From Eledone cirrhosa (lineage: Eukaryota): DNA of 64,000 nt. The notes under the pieces are model-generated. The model did no database searches, was not told the DNA's origin, and saw only the letters and a list, made by a program, of their open reading frames with translations. Shown here one piece after another: positions 13,490 through 25,222 of the stretch. The position numbers and the translations under genes are program-made. The DNA lies in NCBI GenBank assembly GCA_964016885.1, contig OZ024742.1, positions 1,860,001 to 1,924,000 of the forward strand, written 5' to 3'. Within the stretch, counting starts at the first letter, position 1. Each line of letters starts with the position of its first letter.

Positions 13490-15271
13490 GATCACCAAAA
13501 GCCTGGAGATCTTCAAGGTGGCAGATAACATCAGGCAGTTGTTGGGCAAAAGTATGAAGTCCTGGGAAACAGAGTTAACATCAACTAGAGAATCCTTGGG
13601 AAGCGTGAAGATCAAGAGAGGTATCTTCCAGGGAGATAGTCTGTCCCCTCTGTTGTTTGTCCTTGCCCTGATGCCCCTGACCAGTGTACTGCGAAAAGTG
13701 AGAGCAGGATACAGGTTGGGAAAGGGAGGGCTTGCCATCAATCACCTCCTCTTCATGGACGATCTTAAGCTCTTCGGGAAGAGTGAGAAGGAGTTGGATG
13801 TGCTTGTTGACACTGTCCGTATTTTCACCAATGATATATGTATGCAATTTGGTATTAGTAAGTGTGGAGTCATTGTGATGAGGAGGGGTAAGTTGAGCAG
13901 AAGTAACGGAATCCAGATACCAACAGGTGAGATGATAAAAGAAATTGACTCTGAAGAAGGATACAAGTATTTGGGCGTTCTGGAGGCTGATGACATCAAG
14001 AACAAAAAAATGAAGGAATTGATAAGAACTGAATACCTTCGGAGAGTAAGGAGCGTATTAAAGTCACATCTGAACAGTAGGAATGCCATAAATGCAGTAA
14101 ATTCCCGAGCTGTGTCTATTATTAGGTACAGTGCGGGAATTCTGAGATGGAATGTTGCTGAACAAAAAGAAATGGATAGGAAGACTAGGAAGCTATTGAC
14201 TATCTACAATATGTTCCACAAGAGGAGTGATGTCGATAGACTCTACTTAAGGAGACCTGAGGGTGGAAGAGGTTTTATCAGCATAGAGGACTGTGTTCAG
14301 ATGGAGAAAAACAACCTACACAAATACGTGACTGATAGTAGGAAGCCAATGCTCAGAGCTGTACTGAAGGAGGGGACAATAGGCCAGGGGATGTCCAAGG
14401 AGGAAATAACATCAAGGAGAAAGAGCAGCCTTCAGGAAAAATCCCTTCATAGTACCTTCTTTGAGAAAACTGAATTTAGAGATCCACAGACATGGAACTG
14501 GTTGAAAAGAGGAGACCTTAAAAAGGCTACAGAAGGAATGTTAATGGCTGCGCAGGAGCAGGCCCTCAAAACGAAGTGGTTGAAACACCACATTTACAAG
14601 GAGGAGGCTAGCCCACTGTGCAGGATCTGTGGAGAGAGAGAGGAGACTGTGGCTCACATTGTATCCGAGTGTAAACACCTAGCCCAGACTCACATTAAGG
14701 GCTGGAGACATGATGTGATGGGCAGGGTGATCCACTGGCACCTATGCAAAGTAAACAATTTACCACATTCTGAGAAGTGGTATGAGCATAAGCCAGAGGC
14801 GGTGATAGAAAACGATCAGGTGAAGGTGCTGTGGGATTTTAGGATACAGACGGACAAGAAACTGGAACACAATAGACCTGACCTGGTGGTTTTGGACAAA
14901 GAAAAAAGATCGTGCTTGATTGTGGATGTGGCCTGCCCATTCGACACGAGAGTGCAAGAGAAGGAGAGGGAGAAAATTAACCGATACCAGGACTTAAAGT
15001 GGGAGGTAAAAAGGATTTCGAACTGCCATTAAGTTAAAGTGGTCCCGATTGTCATAGGCGCACTAGGGACTATCTCAAAAAGTTTCCAGGGATGGTTAAA
15101 GAAAATTGGCCTCTTCACGCTTTTTGGAACGCTTCAAAAGGCATGCTTGCTGGGAACAGCAAGAACCCTCCGATACGTCCTGAATATCTGAGGCTGCAGG
15201 TAGTGGCTTGATATTCATCTCAAACTTTCCAGTTAACTAACATCAATGACTGAGACTCAAAGAGTAATAAC

Positions 15272-15301
<30 letters not shown>
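13488..15301 (+). mobile_element. 5'-truncated R4/Dong-type non-LTR retrotransposon (subfamily A), with a premature stop at 15030
   Basis: ORF 13518-15032 has RT motifs QGDSLSP and FMDDLKL, a CCHC knuckle CRIC..HIVSEC and the RLE motif RPD..VDV. GAA>TAA change relative to the intact copy; (TAA)n on both sides. Confidence 0.9.
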
Positions 15302-15302
<1 letters not shown>

Positions 15303-16199
15303 GGGAAGAAGACGCACGAGGTGACGGAGGTCATGAAATCGCTCCCGTAAGTTTTGAATTTTTAACATATTTAAATCATTTGTGAAATAACAACTCTTAG
15401 TACAAATGCTACGTAAAGTACCCGGCTTGAGCCCCAAAAAATTCGGACCCAAAATATATTGTTATAAGGCTCAAATATTCAAATATTCAACTTTGTATTG
15501 TACACTGTATATCCAAAAAAGAAAATGGCTATAAATGGAAGAAGAACCCCCCCTCCTCTCCTCTGTCTACACTATATAGGACAGCCAAACTCACCAACAC
15601 CAGAAACTAGATACACCACCCACCCCATCATCTGTGTACACTAAACACAACAGCCAGATAACGGCATTTTCACCTTCACCGCCACCGCTCACTACGGCCA
15701 TCATTACCACCACTATCCCATCACCGCCGCCACCACCCCTTGACTCCTTCACTGCTGCCACCGCTACAGCACCATCACTACAGTAATACGGTCACATCAC
15801 CGCCACCACTGCCTCGGTATCGACATCACCACCACCACTGTCTCAGTATCGCTACCGCCGCCAGTCTCCCACTTCTCCCTGCTGGCTGCTACTTCCACAT
15901 TATAGAATTCCTACTACTAACAAAGAGGAAGGCATCAAAATATATAGATAGACTCAAAAGAAAAAAGAAAAAACAGACAACAAAACCAAAGCAGCACAGC
16001 AACAACAGCAAAAACGAGAAAAACAAACAGAGAAAAACAAAAACAAAAAAAGAAACCCCCAAAACGTAAAGAAAATAAGAATGAAGAGAGAAGCAGGCGG
16101 ACGGACAGAGAAGAGGGGGGGGGGGAGTAAAACTTAAAAAACAAAAACTAAGTCAGACATTCGAACACTACATTACAATGAAACTTATGCTTATTCATT

Positions 16200-19100
16200 T
16201 TTGGGGCCCTTTCTGCCTGTGTGTTTGTTTGTTTATGTGTGTTCGTATACAGCGTGGTGATAATGCCACACAAGGGCCAAGTGGGATGGCGGATCCACAG
16301 ATGGCTATGTAACCATACATTCGCCAATCCTCGATAAGAGTGTTTAAATATTGAACATAAACAGTTCGAATAACGGTGAAATGGAGACTAGAACGTCATG
16401 TGACAGACTCTCACCCAACAGGTGCCCCCTGGCTCAGCAGCAGGAACCTGACTGTCAACCAAATACTGCTGATGTTGGAGGAAGAAGAAGAAGGAAAGGG
16501 GCCAGAACCAACTGGACGAAAGAATTGAATAGAACTGTTATGCAATGCTACCTGAAAAGTAACCCCAAGGAGAGGGGCTACAGGAGACGGATGCATAACA
16601 TCTGGAACGAGATTGGTTTATTTAAATTAGATGAACAAAAATTGGCCGGGCAGGCTCGGGTAATAAGAACTAATGGGTGGATAAGCGAGCTGGAACTGGA
16701 GGAACTGAGCAGAGAGAATGGCTTGGAGATGGCGGGTGTAGTATGCCAGACAAGCGAGCCAGTGGGAAATGAAGGTGAAGAGGTCCTGAGAACGGAGGAA
16801 CCACCCGAAGCAGACAATGATCTGAATACTGAGATAAATAATACCTGGAACAGAGATACGGCCACTGAGGAGATGAATGCTGACGGGCTAGGACAAGATT
16901 CGGTTGACATCCTAAATTTAGTGGTAGATGAATTGAACAATGATAGTGGGAGACCTATGAACCTAAGATTTGTAGACAGGAAAAAGTTAAAAGAAACAAT
17001 AGCTAAGGTAAACAAAGTCATCCCATACCTTGAGGCGAGGAGCCTTCACCAGTGCAACAATATCCTCAAAGCAACAGCAAATACGGTGAGGAAACTACTT
17101 GGTATAAAAGCGAGAGGAAACAACAGACAAGAAAGAGCAGAGCCGTGGTGGAAGAAGCGACTGAGTGGGCAAATCGGGGAAATGAGAAATGACATAGGAA
17201 AGCTTGAGTCACTACTGAATGGGACACTAAAAAACATAGGCACTAAAAATAGACTGGAAATAAAATACAAAACTAGGAGTAAAAAGCTAAATATTATCAT
17301 AGAGGAATTGAAGCAACGCATTGTAGCAAAGAGTGCAAAAATCAGGCGATACGAGAACAGAGTCAGTCAGTATAAACAGAACCGCATGTTCGACAACAAC
17401 CAGAAGATGCTGTTTGGACAGCTTGAGGGGAAAGAAAGAGGCAACGACTTGATCCCTGGGGCGGAACAAACTAAAACATTCTGGAGAGGAATATGGGAGC
17501 AGGATGTTAGACACAATGCCCAGGCAGGGTGGATTGAGACAGTACAGAGGGAAATTAGTGAACAGGCACACCAACAAACTGATTTGAGTATCACAGTTGA
17601 AACTCTTAAGGGGCAGGCCAAAAAACTAACCAACTGGAAATCACCAGGCCCAGATGGTGTGCAGGGGTATTGGATTAAACATTTAACATCCCTCCACCCG
17701 AAGCTGACGGCCATGTTCAATGACTGCTTGGTGTCGGGTGAGGTGCCAGAGTGGTTGACAAAAGGTACCACAGTTCTGATAATGAAAGACCGAATCAAGG
17801 GTAATGATGTTACCAACTATAGACCTATCACATGTCTGTCCGTAATGTGGAAACTGTTGACGAGCATTGTGTCTGAGGAAATCTACCATCACCTCCACAC
17901 AAACAACTTGTTACCGGACGAACAGAAAGGATGCCGAAAGAAGTCACGTGGTACAAAGGACCAGTTGCTTATTGATAAGATGGTAATGGGGAATTGCAGG
18001 AGGAGACACACTGATCTTGCCATGGGATGGATAGACTACAGAAAGGCATTTGACATGGTGCCTCATTCCTGGATCACCAAAATCCTGGAGATCTTCAGGG
18101 TGGCAGATAACATCAGACAGTTGCTGGGCAGGAGTATGGGGTCCTGGGAGACAGAGTTGACATCAACTGGAGAATCCTTGGGAAGCGTGAAGATCAAGAG
18201 AGGTATCTTCCAGGGAGATAGTCTGTCCTCTCTGTTGTTTGTCCTTGGCGTGATGCCCTTGACCATTATGCTGCGAAAAGTGAGAGCAGGATACAAGTTG
18301 GGAAAAGGAGAGCTTACCATCAATCACCTCCTCTACATGGACGATCTTAAACTCTTCGGGAAAAGTGAGAAGGAGTTGGATGTGCTTGTTGACACTGTCC
18401 GTATGTTCAGCAGTGATATATGTATGCAGTTTGGTATTGGTAAATGTGGAGTCATTGTGATGAAGAGGGGTAGGTTGAGCAGAAGTAACGGGATCCAGAT
18501 ACCAACAGGTGAGATGATAAAGGAAATTGACTCTGAGGAAGGATACAAGTATTTGGGCGTTCTGGAGGCTGATGGCATAAAGAACAAAAAAATGAAGGAA
18601 TTGTTAAGAACTGAATACATTCGGAGAGTAAGGAGCGTATTGAAGTCACATCTGAACAGCAGAAATGCCATAAGTGCAGTAAATTCCCGAGCTGTGTCTA
18701 TTATTAGGTACAGTGCGGGAATTCTGAGATGGAATGTTGCTGAACAAAAAGAAATGGATAGGAAGACTAGGAAGCTATTGACTATCTACAACATGTTTCA
18801 CAAGAGGAGTGATGTCGATAGACTCTACCTAAGGAGATCTGAGGGTGGAAGAGGTCTTATCAGCATAGAGGACTGTGTTCAGATGGAGAAAAACAACCTA
18901 TACAAATACGTGACCTATAGTAAGGAGCCAATGCTCAGAACTGTACTGAAGGAGGGGACAGTAGGCCAGGGGATGTCCAAGGAGGAAATAACATCAAGGA
19001 GGAAGAGCAGCCTTAAGGGAAAATCCCTTCATAGTACCTTCTTTGAGAAAACTGAATTTAGAGATCCACAGACATGGAACTGGTTGAGAAGAGGAGACCT

Positions 19101-19859
19101 CAAAAAGGCTACAGAAGGAATGCTAATGGCTGCGCAGGAGCAGGCCCTCAAAACGAAGTGGTTGAAGCACCATATCTACAAGGAGGAGGCTAGCCCACTG
19201 TGCAGGATCTGTGGAGAGAGAGAGGAGACTGTGGCTCACATTGTGTCCGAGTGTAAACACCTAGCCCAGACCCACTATAAGGGCTGGAGACACGATGTGA
19301 TGGGCAGGGTGATCCACTGGCACCTGTGCAAAGTAAACAATTTACCACATTCTGAGAAATGGTATGAGCATAGGCCAGAGGCGGTGATGGAGAACAATCA
19401 GGTGAAGGTGCTGTGGGATTTTAGGATACAGACGGACAAAAAACTGGAACACAATAGACCTGACCTGGTGGTTGTGGACAAAGAAAAAAGATCGTGCCTG
19501 ATTGTGGATGTGGCCTGCCCGTTCGACACGAGAGTGCAAGAGAAGGAGAGGGAGAAAATTAACCGATACCAGGACCTAAAGTGGGAGGTGAAAAGGATTT
19601 GGAACTGCCATGAAGTCAAAGTGATCCCGATTGTCATAGGCGCACTGAGGACTATCTCCAAAAGTTTCCAGGGATGGTTAAAGAAAATCGGCCCCTTCAC
19701 GCTTTTTGGAACGCTTCAAAAGGCATGCTTGCTTGGAACAGCAAGAACCCTCCGATACGTCCTGAATATCTGAGGCTGCAGGTAGTGGCTTGATATTCAA
19801 TCCAACGGACTTTCCAGTTAACCAACATCAATGATTGAGATTCAAGGAATAACAACAAC

Positions 19860-19903
<44 letters not shown>

Positions 19904-19920
19904 GAAGAAGAAGAAGAAGA
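16200..19920 (+). mobile_element. Apparently full-length R4/Dong-type RLE retrotransposon (subfamily A); 5' boundary approximate
   Basis: Single long ORF, short 3' UTR and (TAA)n tail at 19860-19901. Confidence 0.88.
16381..19773 (+). CDS. Retrotransposon polyprotein: reverse transcriptase, CCHC zinc knuckle and restriction-like endonuclease (R4/Dong clade)
   Basis: Uninterrupted ORF from ATG 16381 with motifs KSPGPDG, NYRPITCL, IDYRKAFD, QGDSLS, YMDDLKL, YKYLGV, CRIC..H..SEC, RPDLVV..IVDVACP and C-terminal LGTARTLRYVL. Confidence 0.9.
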   Translation: METRTSCDRLSPNRCPLAQQQEPDCQPNTADVGGRRRRKGARTNWTKELNRTVMQCYLKSNPKERGYRRRMHNIWNEIGLFKLDEQKLAGQARVIRTNGWISELELEELSRENGLEMAGVVCQTSEPVGNEGEEVLRTEEPPEADNDLNTEINNTWNRDTATEEMNADGLGQDSVDILNLVVDELNNDSGRPMNLRFVDRKKLKETIAKVNKVIPYLEARSLHQCNNILKATANTVRKLLGIKARGNNRQERAEPWWKKRLSGQIGEMRNDIGKLESLLNGTLKNIGTKNRLEIKYKTRSKKLNIIIEELKQRIVAKSAKIRRYENRVSQYKQNRMFDNNQKMLFGQLEGKERGNDLIPGAEQTKTFWRGIWEQDVRHNAQAGWIETVQREISEQAHQQTDLSITVETLKGQAKKLTNWKSPGPDGVQGYWIKHLTSLHPKLTAMFNDCLVSGEVPEWLTKGTTVLIMKDRIKGNDVTNYRPITCLSVMWKLLTSIVSEEIYHHLHTNNLLPDEQKGCRKKSRGTKDQLLIDKMVMGNCRRRHTDLAMGWIDYRKAFDMVPHSWITKILEIFRVADNIRQLLGRSMGSWETELTSTGESLGSVKIKRGIFQGDSLSSLLFVLGVMPLTIMLRKVRAGYKLGKGELTINHLLYMDDLKLFGKSEKELDVLVDTVRMFSSDICMQFGIGKCGVIVMKRGRLSRSNGIQIPTGEMIKEIDSEEGYKYLGVLEADGIKNKKMKELLRTEYIRRVRSVLKSHLNSRNAISAVNSRAVSIIRYSAGILRWNVAEQKEMDRKTRKLLTIYNMFHKRSDVDRLYLRRSEGGRGLISIEDCVQMEKNNLYKYVTYSKEPMLRTVLKEGTVGQGMSKEEITSRRKSSLKGKSLHSTFFEKTEFRDPQTWNWLRRGDLKKATEGMLMAAQEQALKTKWLKHHIYKEEASPLCRICGEREETVAHIVSECKHLAQTHYKGWRHDVMGRVIHWHLCKVNNLPHSEKWYEHRPEAVMENNQVKVLWDFRIQTDKKLEHNRPDLVVVDKEKRSCLIVDVACPFDTRVQEKEREKINRYQDLKWEVKRIWNCHEVKVIPIVIGALRTISKSFQGWLKKIGPFTLFGTLQKACLLGTARTLRYVLNI

Positions 19921-20399
19921 ATAAGAATAAGGGAAGAAGACGCAGAATAAGGGAAGAAGACGCACGAGGTGGTAGAAGGTCATGAAATCGCTCCCGTAAG
20001 TTTTTGATTTTTAACATATTTAAATCAATTGTGAAATAACAATTCTTAGTACAAATAATGCATAAACCACCGAATCAAGTCTTATAAAATTTCGGATCCA
20101 TAATATATTGTTATATCGCTCAAATATTCAATTTTGTATTATATATTTTATATTCAAAAAAGAATATGGTTATAAATGGAAGAAAACTCCCTCTGTCTAC
20201 ACTATATAGAACAGCCAAATAACAGCAATTTCACCAACACCAGAAACTTGATACACCACCTACCCCATCACCCCGCTATAACAGCCAGATAACGGCAATT
20301 TCACCACCACCACCACCAATCCCAGCATCATAATAATAATTACTATTATTATTGTCTCAAGTTTTAACAAAATGTTTAATTCCAATTTTACGGGAATAT

Positions 20400-20611
20400 G
20401 TCAACACATATATTAAACATACGCGACACAAACGCATAGATACTACAGATCAATCAAAACTAGTCTATTCAACACAGATATTAAACATACGCGACACAAA
20501 CGCATAGATACTACAGATCAATCAAAACTAGTCTATTCAACACAGATATTAAACATACGCGACACAAACGCATAGATACTACATATCAAAAAAAAACTAG
20601 TCCACTCAACA
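20400..20611. repeat. 68-bp tandem repeat, 3 copies
   Basis: TATTAAACATACGCGACACAAACGCATAGATACTAC.. at 20411, 20479 and 20547. Confidence 0.9.
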
Positions 20612-21019
20612 AAACTCAGTAACGACAACGCCACCGCCGCCACCACTCCATCCATCATTGCTACCACTACCCCATCACCGCCGCCACCACTCCTTCATTG
20701 CTACCACCACTATTCCCCTGTTAACTTAAGAAAGGGGAAGGTGGCGGTATCACTAGACAAGGGAGAGGCTAGCAAAAGATATAAATAGATTGACTTAGTG
20801 ACCTGGCCACTGGCCAAACGTCAACAACTATGGCACTGCTGGCTCCCCCCTTCCTCACCAACAATATAAAAAGCCCCAGCACCACCACCGACATAGCCAA
20901 CAACAATAACAGGCAACTTCAATAAAAAGTATATTATATTATTGTAATGCACTGGGTGATTGCTGGCCTTGTGCCTGGAGTGGAGACAATTATTATTATT
21001 AATAATTTCATTCTTAAGC

Positions 21020-24000
21020 CACGCAATGCTCACATTAAGGAACCACTCATGATAATAACAATTTAAAAAAACAACAAAAAAGAAAACCGCGTGACCAAGA
21101 AATACCAGGATGGCGGCCGGCGGGGAATATCCGTGTGTCTAGGGGAGAACGACCCCTCTAGTCTTGGTTGACACTCGTTCTAGAAGTGGTAACACGAAAT
21201 GATTACCCCTTGGCGGATAAGGATAAAACGATAAAATCTCATACCGGATCGGCCGTCACCCGGGTAAAAAAGGGCCGCGTCCCTCAGAGAGGAACCAGAC
21301 TGGGGTCGAAAAATCAGCTAATGGTTCAAACCTTCCCATCACTTCGGAGCTGGAGACCTCCCATAACCGGAATACTCTTACTGTTGGCCCTCCATGCTCA
21401 CCACCAAGAAATCCAAAGAAAAAGAGAGAAAAATGGTCAAGGGAAGATAATAAAGAAGTCCTTGAGGCTTTCTACACTGCCATGTACTACCCATCAAATA
21501 CATCGAATACAGAACAGACATATATCAACTGGAAAAAGAAACATCTCGAAAACAGAGGCTATATTGACAGTAACAAACTAGCCAATATACGAAGAAATAT
21601 TGTAAAAAAAAAGTTACTAACTGATATAGAAGTTGATCAGATCAAGCTATTAGCACAAAGTTAGCGAAGGGAAAATGAAACATGTGTCAGTGAAAACGAG
21701 GTAAATTGTAACACTTCGAATCCCAGGGTTGGGGCGGAATCACTGGCAACAGAACAAATTAAAGAAAGGGTCGAAAAAGTGGAGGGAGTGCATGCTCAAG
21801 ATGAAACTCCAAATGAAAATAATGAGATCGTAAATGATAAAGAAATGAATGAGAATGAACTTGCCAACTTGAAGGATGAAATTATGATCGAATGGATGAA
21901 AATGAAAGAATCTGACATGGGGCAACGAGACACCCTCCCTAAGATCCAGAACTCCAAACAGAACCAAAATATAATACACAAGACTAACATAATTCTCAAA
22001 AACATTATCATCACAAACAAACTAAACATTACTGATTTAAATCATCTCTATTATGCATCGGCTAAAGTCACCACTCACTTATGTGGAGTGAAGATGAAAA
22101 AACAAAGGAATTCCCACAAGAAATCTATTTGGCAAAAGAACATCAATCGCCAAATAAACCTTCTCCGATCTGACATAGAAATTTTAACAAACTATAAAGT
22201 AGGTGAACATGTTAAACAAACTAAACTTAGAAAATTGAAAAGAAAGTATAGTATAAAATCAACAAGTGACATAGACATGCTGATAGAAATAATCAAGCAA
22301 AAAGCGTCGGCCAAAGCTGCTCGTATAAGGCGCTTTGAAAAACGATCTAGATTCTATAAGGACAATAATATGTTGAAAAACAACCAAAGAAACTTCTACA
22401 GAAAAACTGGTAAGTCAACAATAACTGCTAAATCAATACCACCCAAGGAGGAAGTGCAAGAATTCTGGGAAAAGATCTGGGCCGAAGAAAAACTTCATAA
22501 CATACATGCCCCATGGATAGACAGACAAATTAAAGATATAGCACACCTTGAGGAACAAATATGGGAAAATATAACAGTTGAACAGTTGCGTTTGGCTCTA
22601 AGAAAAACCAGCAAATGGAAATCCCCAGGAAAAGACAAAATACAAATTTTTGGATAAATGCCTTCACAGAGTCTCATGAGCTGTTAGCCCAACTTTACAA
22701 TGAAATAGTTAAGGAGCCAGGAAAGATACCATCATGGCTAGTTAACGGCATTACATTCCTGCTTCCGAAGACAAACAATCCCAAAAATTACAGACCGATA
22801 ACTTGCTTGACCACAATGTATAAAATTTTAACATCAGTCCTAACTGAATACACATATGACCACCTGATAACAAATGACCTATTTCCCATTGAGCAGAAAG
22901 GGTGTAAACGAGGCTCATATGGCTGTAAGGATCAGCTTCTGGTTAACAAAATGATACTGGAAGATTGTCATAATAGACACAAAAATCTATCAATTGCTTG
23001 GATAGATTATAAAAAAGCATTCGATAGTTTGCCACACAGTTGGATTGAAAAATGTTTAGAGATTTTCAAAATATCCCCCGTTGTCAGGAGGTTTTTGTCA
23101 TTCAGTATGAAGACATGGAAAACGACACTCCTTTTGAATAGTGAAACAAAATCGCTGGAAGCTGGAGAAGTTAATATTAATTGTGGAATTTTTCAGGGTG
23201 ACTCTTTATCACCGCTTTTATTCTGCATCGCACTTATACCATTAAGTAAAATGCTCAATGAAACAAAACATGGATATAGAGTCTATGACAAAACCATTAA
23301 TCACTTGTTCTACATGGATGACCTGAAACTATTTGCAAAAAATGATGAACAATTGCAAGGGCTATTACCCACTGTGGAGCAGTTCAGTGGTGACATTAAA
23401 ATGGAGTTTGGACTAAATAAATGCGCCAAAGCAACGTTCACCAGAGGAAAGCTGCTGAAGAGTTCAGACATTAATCATGATTGGGGGAACATGATAAGAG
23501 AACTTGATCAAGAAAAAACTTACAAATATCTAGGTGTTTGTGAAGGAGACGGAATCAAGCACTCGACAATGAGGGAAAGGATAAGGAAGGAATGTTACCG
23601 CAGAGTAAGAGCAATCTTAAGAACGGAATTGAATGCAAGGAATAGGATCGATGCTATAAACACGCTTGCCATACCAGTAGTAACCTACAGTTACAATGTC
23701 ATCAACTGGTCAAGCACAGAGATCCGTAGGCTCGATACAAAAATTCGAAAATTCTTAACCATGCACAGAATGCATCACCCTAAGGCAGATACAGATAGAA
23801 TATATCTCCCTGGGAAAGAAGGAGGACGTGGGTTAGTCCAGTTAGACATTGCGTTGAAAACTGCAACAATTGGATTATCTACATATCTAAGGGAATCACA
23901 TGATTGGATGATCAAACTCGTTTTGAAACACGAAAGCATCAAAAGATCATACTCCATTACAAAAGATGCACAAAGATACAGTAATGGACTACAGATTTCA

Positions 24001-25001
24001 GAAGTCCGATTTACTGCTGAAATGGAAAACACAGAAAAAGCAAAGCAGGTAAAAGTAACTGCAAAGAAAGAACTGCTACAGAAACTGGCTAAGAAATGGC
24101 AAGAAAAGCCTCTGTATGGAAAATACCCAGAACGAGCTAACAATCCTGATGTTGACAAAACTTTAACCCATCAGTGGTTGGCATCCTCTGGACTGAAATC
24201 GGAGACTAAAGGAGTGATTATATCAGCACAAGATCAGTGTCTGCCAACAAAAAATTACCAAGCCAACAATAAAAAATGGATGCAGCCCATTATGCCGTGT
24301 ATGTAAAAAACAACCAGAGACCATTGACCATATAATTTCAATGTGCAGTCCTATAGCTCCAACCGAATACCTAAACAGGCATGACAGAGCTGCACAATAC
24401 ATACATTGGATAATGTGTAAGCATTTTGACCTGCCCCATCAAAAGAATTGGTGGGAGCATCAACCACCTCCCATACTTGAAAAAGATCACATCTCAATCT
24501 TGTGGAACTTTAGCATCCAAACAGACCGAAAAATAGATGCAAATAGACCTGATATAATATTGAAGGACTTTAAAAAGAGGGTATGCCTGCTAATTGATAT
24601 GTCCGTTCCAATAGACAAGAATGTATCTATAAAAACATTTAAAAAATTGAGCAAGTATAAGGACCTGGAGATAGAAATTGGAAAAATGTGGAAATTGAGA
24701 ACTAAAACAATACCAGTGGTTGTAGGCGCTCTAGGAATGATACCTAAGGGGTCTAATGATTACTTATCGCAAATCCCAGGAAACCCGCGTATAGGAGAAA
24801 TACAAAAGATAGTACTAATGGAAACTGCCCATATACTAAGGAAGATTCTGTCAATATAAGTACATCACAAGTCTAAACACCTAAAGATGCATGTGAGTAT
24901 GTATGTTCTTTCTTGAACATGGCGGACCTTGTTGTCTCTTCAGGTCACTGGTTGTGACTTGGTGATAACTCGTATGAACATAAAGCAAGATAAATGCAGC
25001 T

Positions 25002-25047
<46 letters not shown>
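21020..25047 (+). pseudogene. Near full-length, frameshifted R4/Dong-type retrotransposon (second, distinct subfamily B); 5' boundary approximate
   Basis: ORF pieces 21482-21664, 21779-22657, 22615-24306 and 24341-24859 carry NYRPITCL, IDYKKAFD, QGDSLSP, YMDDLKL, RHD and NRPD..IDMSVP; (TAA)n tail at 25003-25047. Confidence 0.88.
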
Positions 25048-25048
<1 letters not shown>

Positions 25049-25222
25049 TGTTTCTACTTTAGGCACAAGGCCAGCAATTACCCAGTACATTACTGGTACT
25101 TTATTTTATCGACACCGTAAGGATGAAAGGCAAAGTTAACCTCAGCGGGATTTGAACTCAAACCGTAAAGGGACGTAACTATGCTAGAAAGCATGGCGTC
25201 CAACCCTCTACCGATACTGCCT
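25047..25222 (-). mobile_element. Full SINE copy, tail-to-tail with Dong B across a shared TAA run
   Basis: TGTTTCTACTTTAGGCACAAGGCC..GGGATTTGAACTC..CTACCGATACTGCC. Confidence 0.85.

Noticed and set aside
16200-16350. Possible HDV-like ribozyme in the Dong 5' UTR (hairpins GGCCCTT/AAGGGCC)
   Set aside because: The nested double pseudoknot could not be assembled by eye; an RNArobo or Infernal search is needed.
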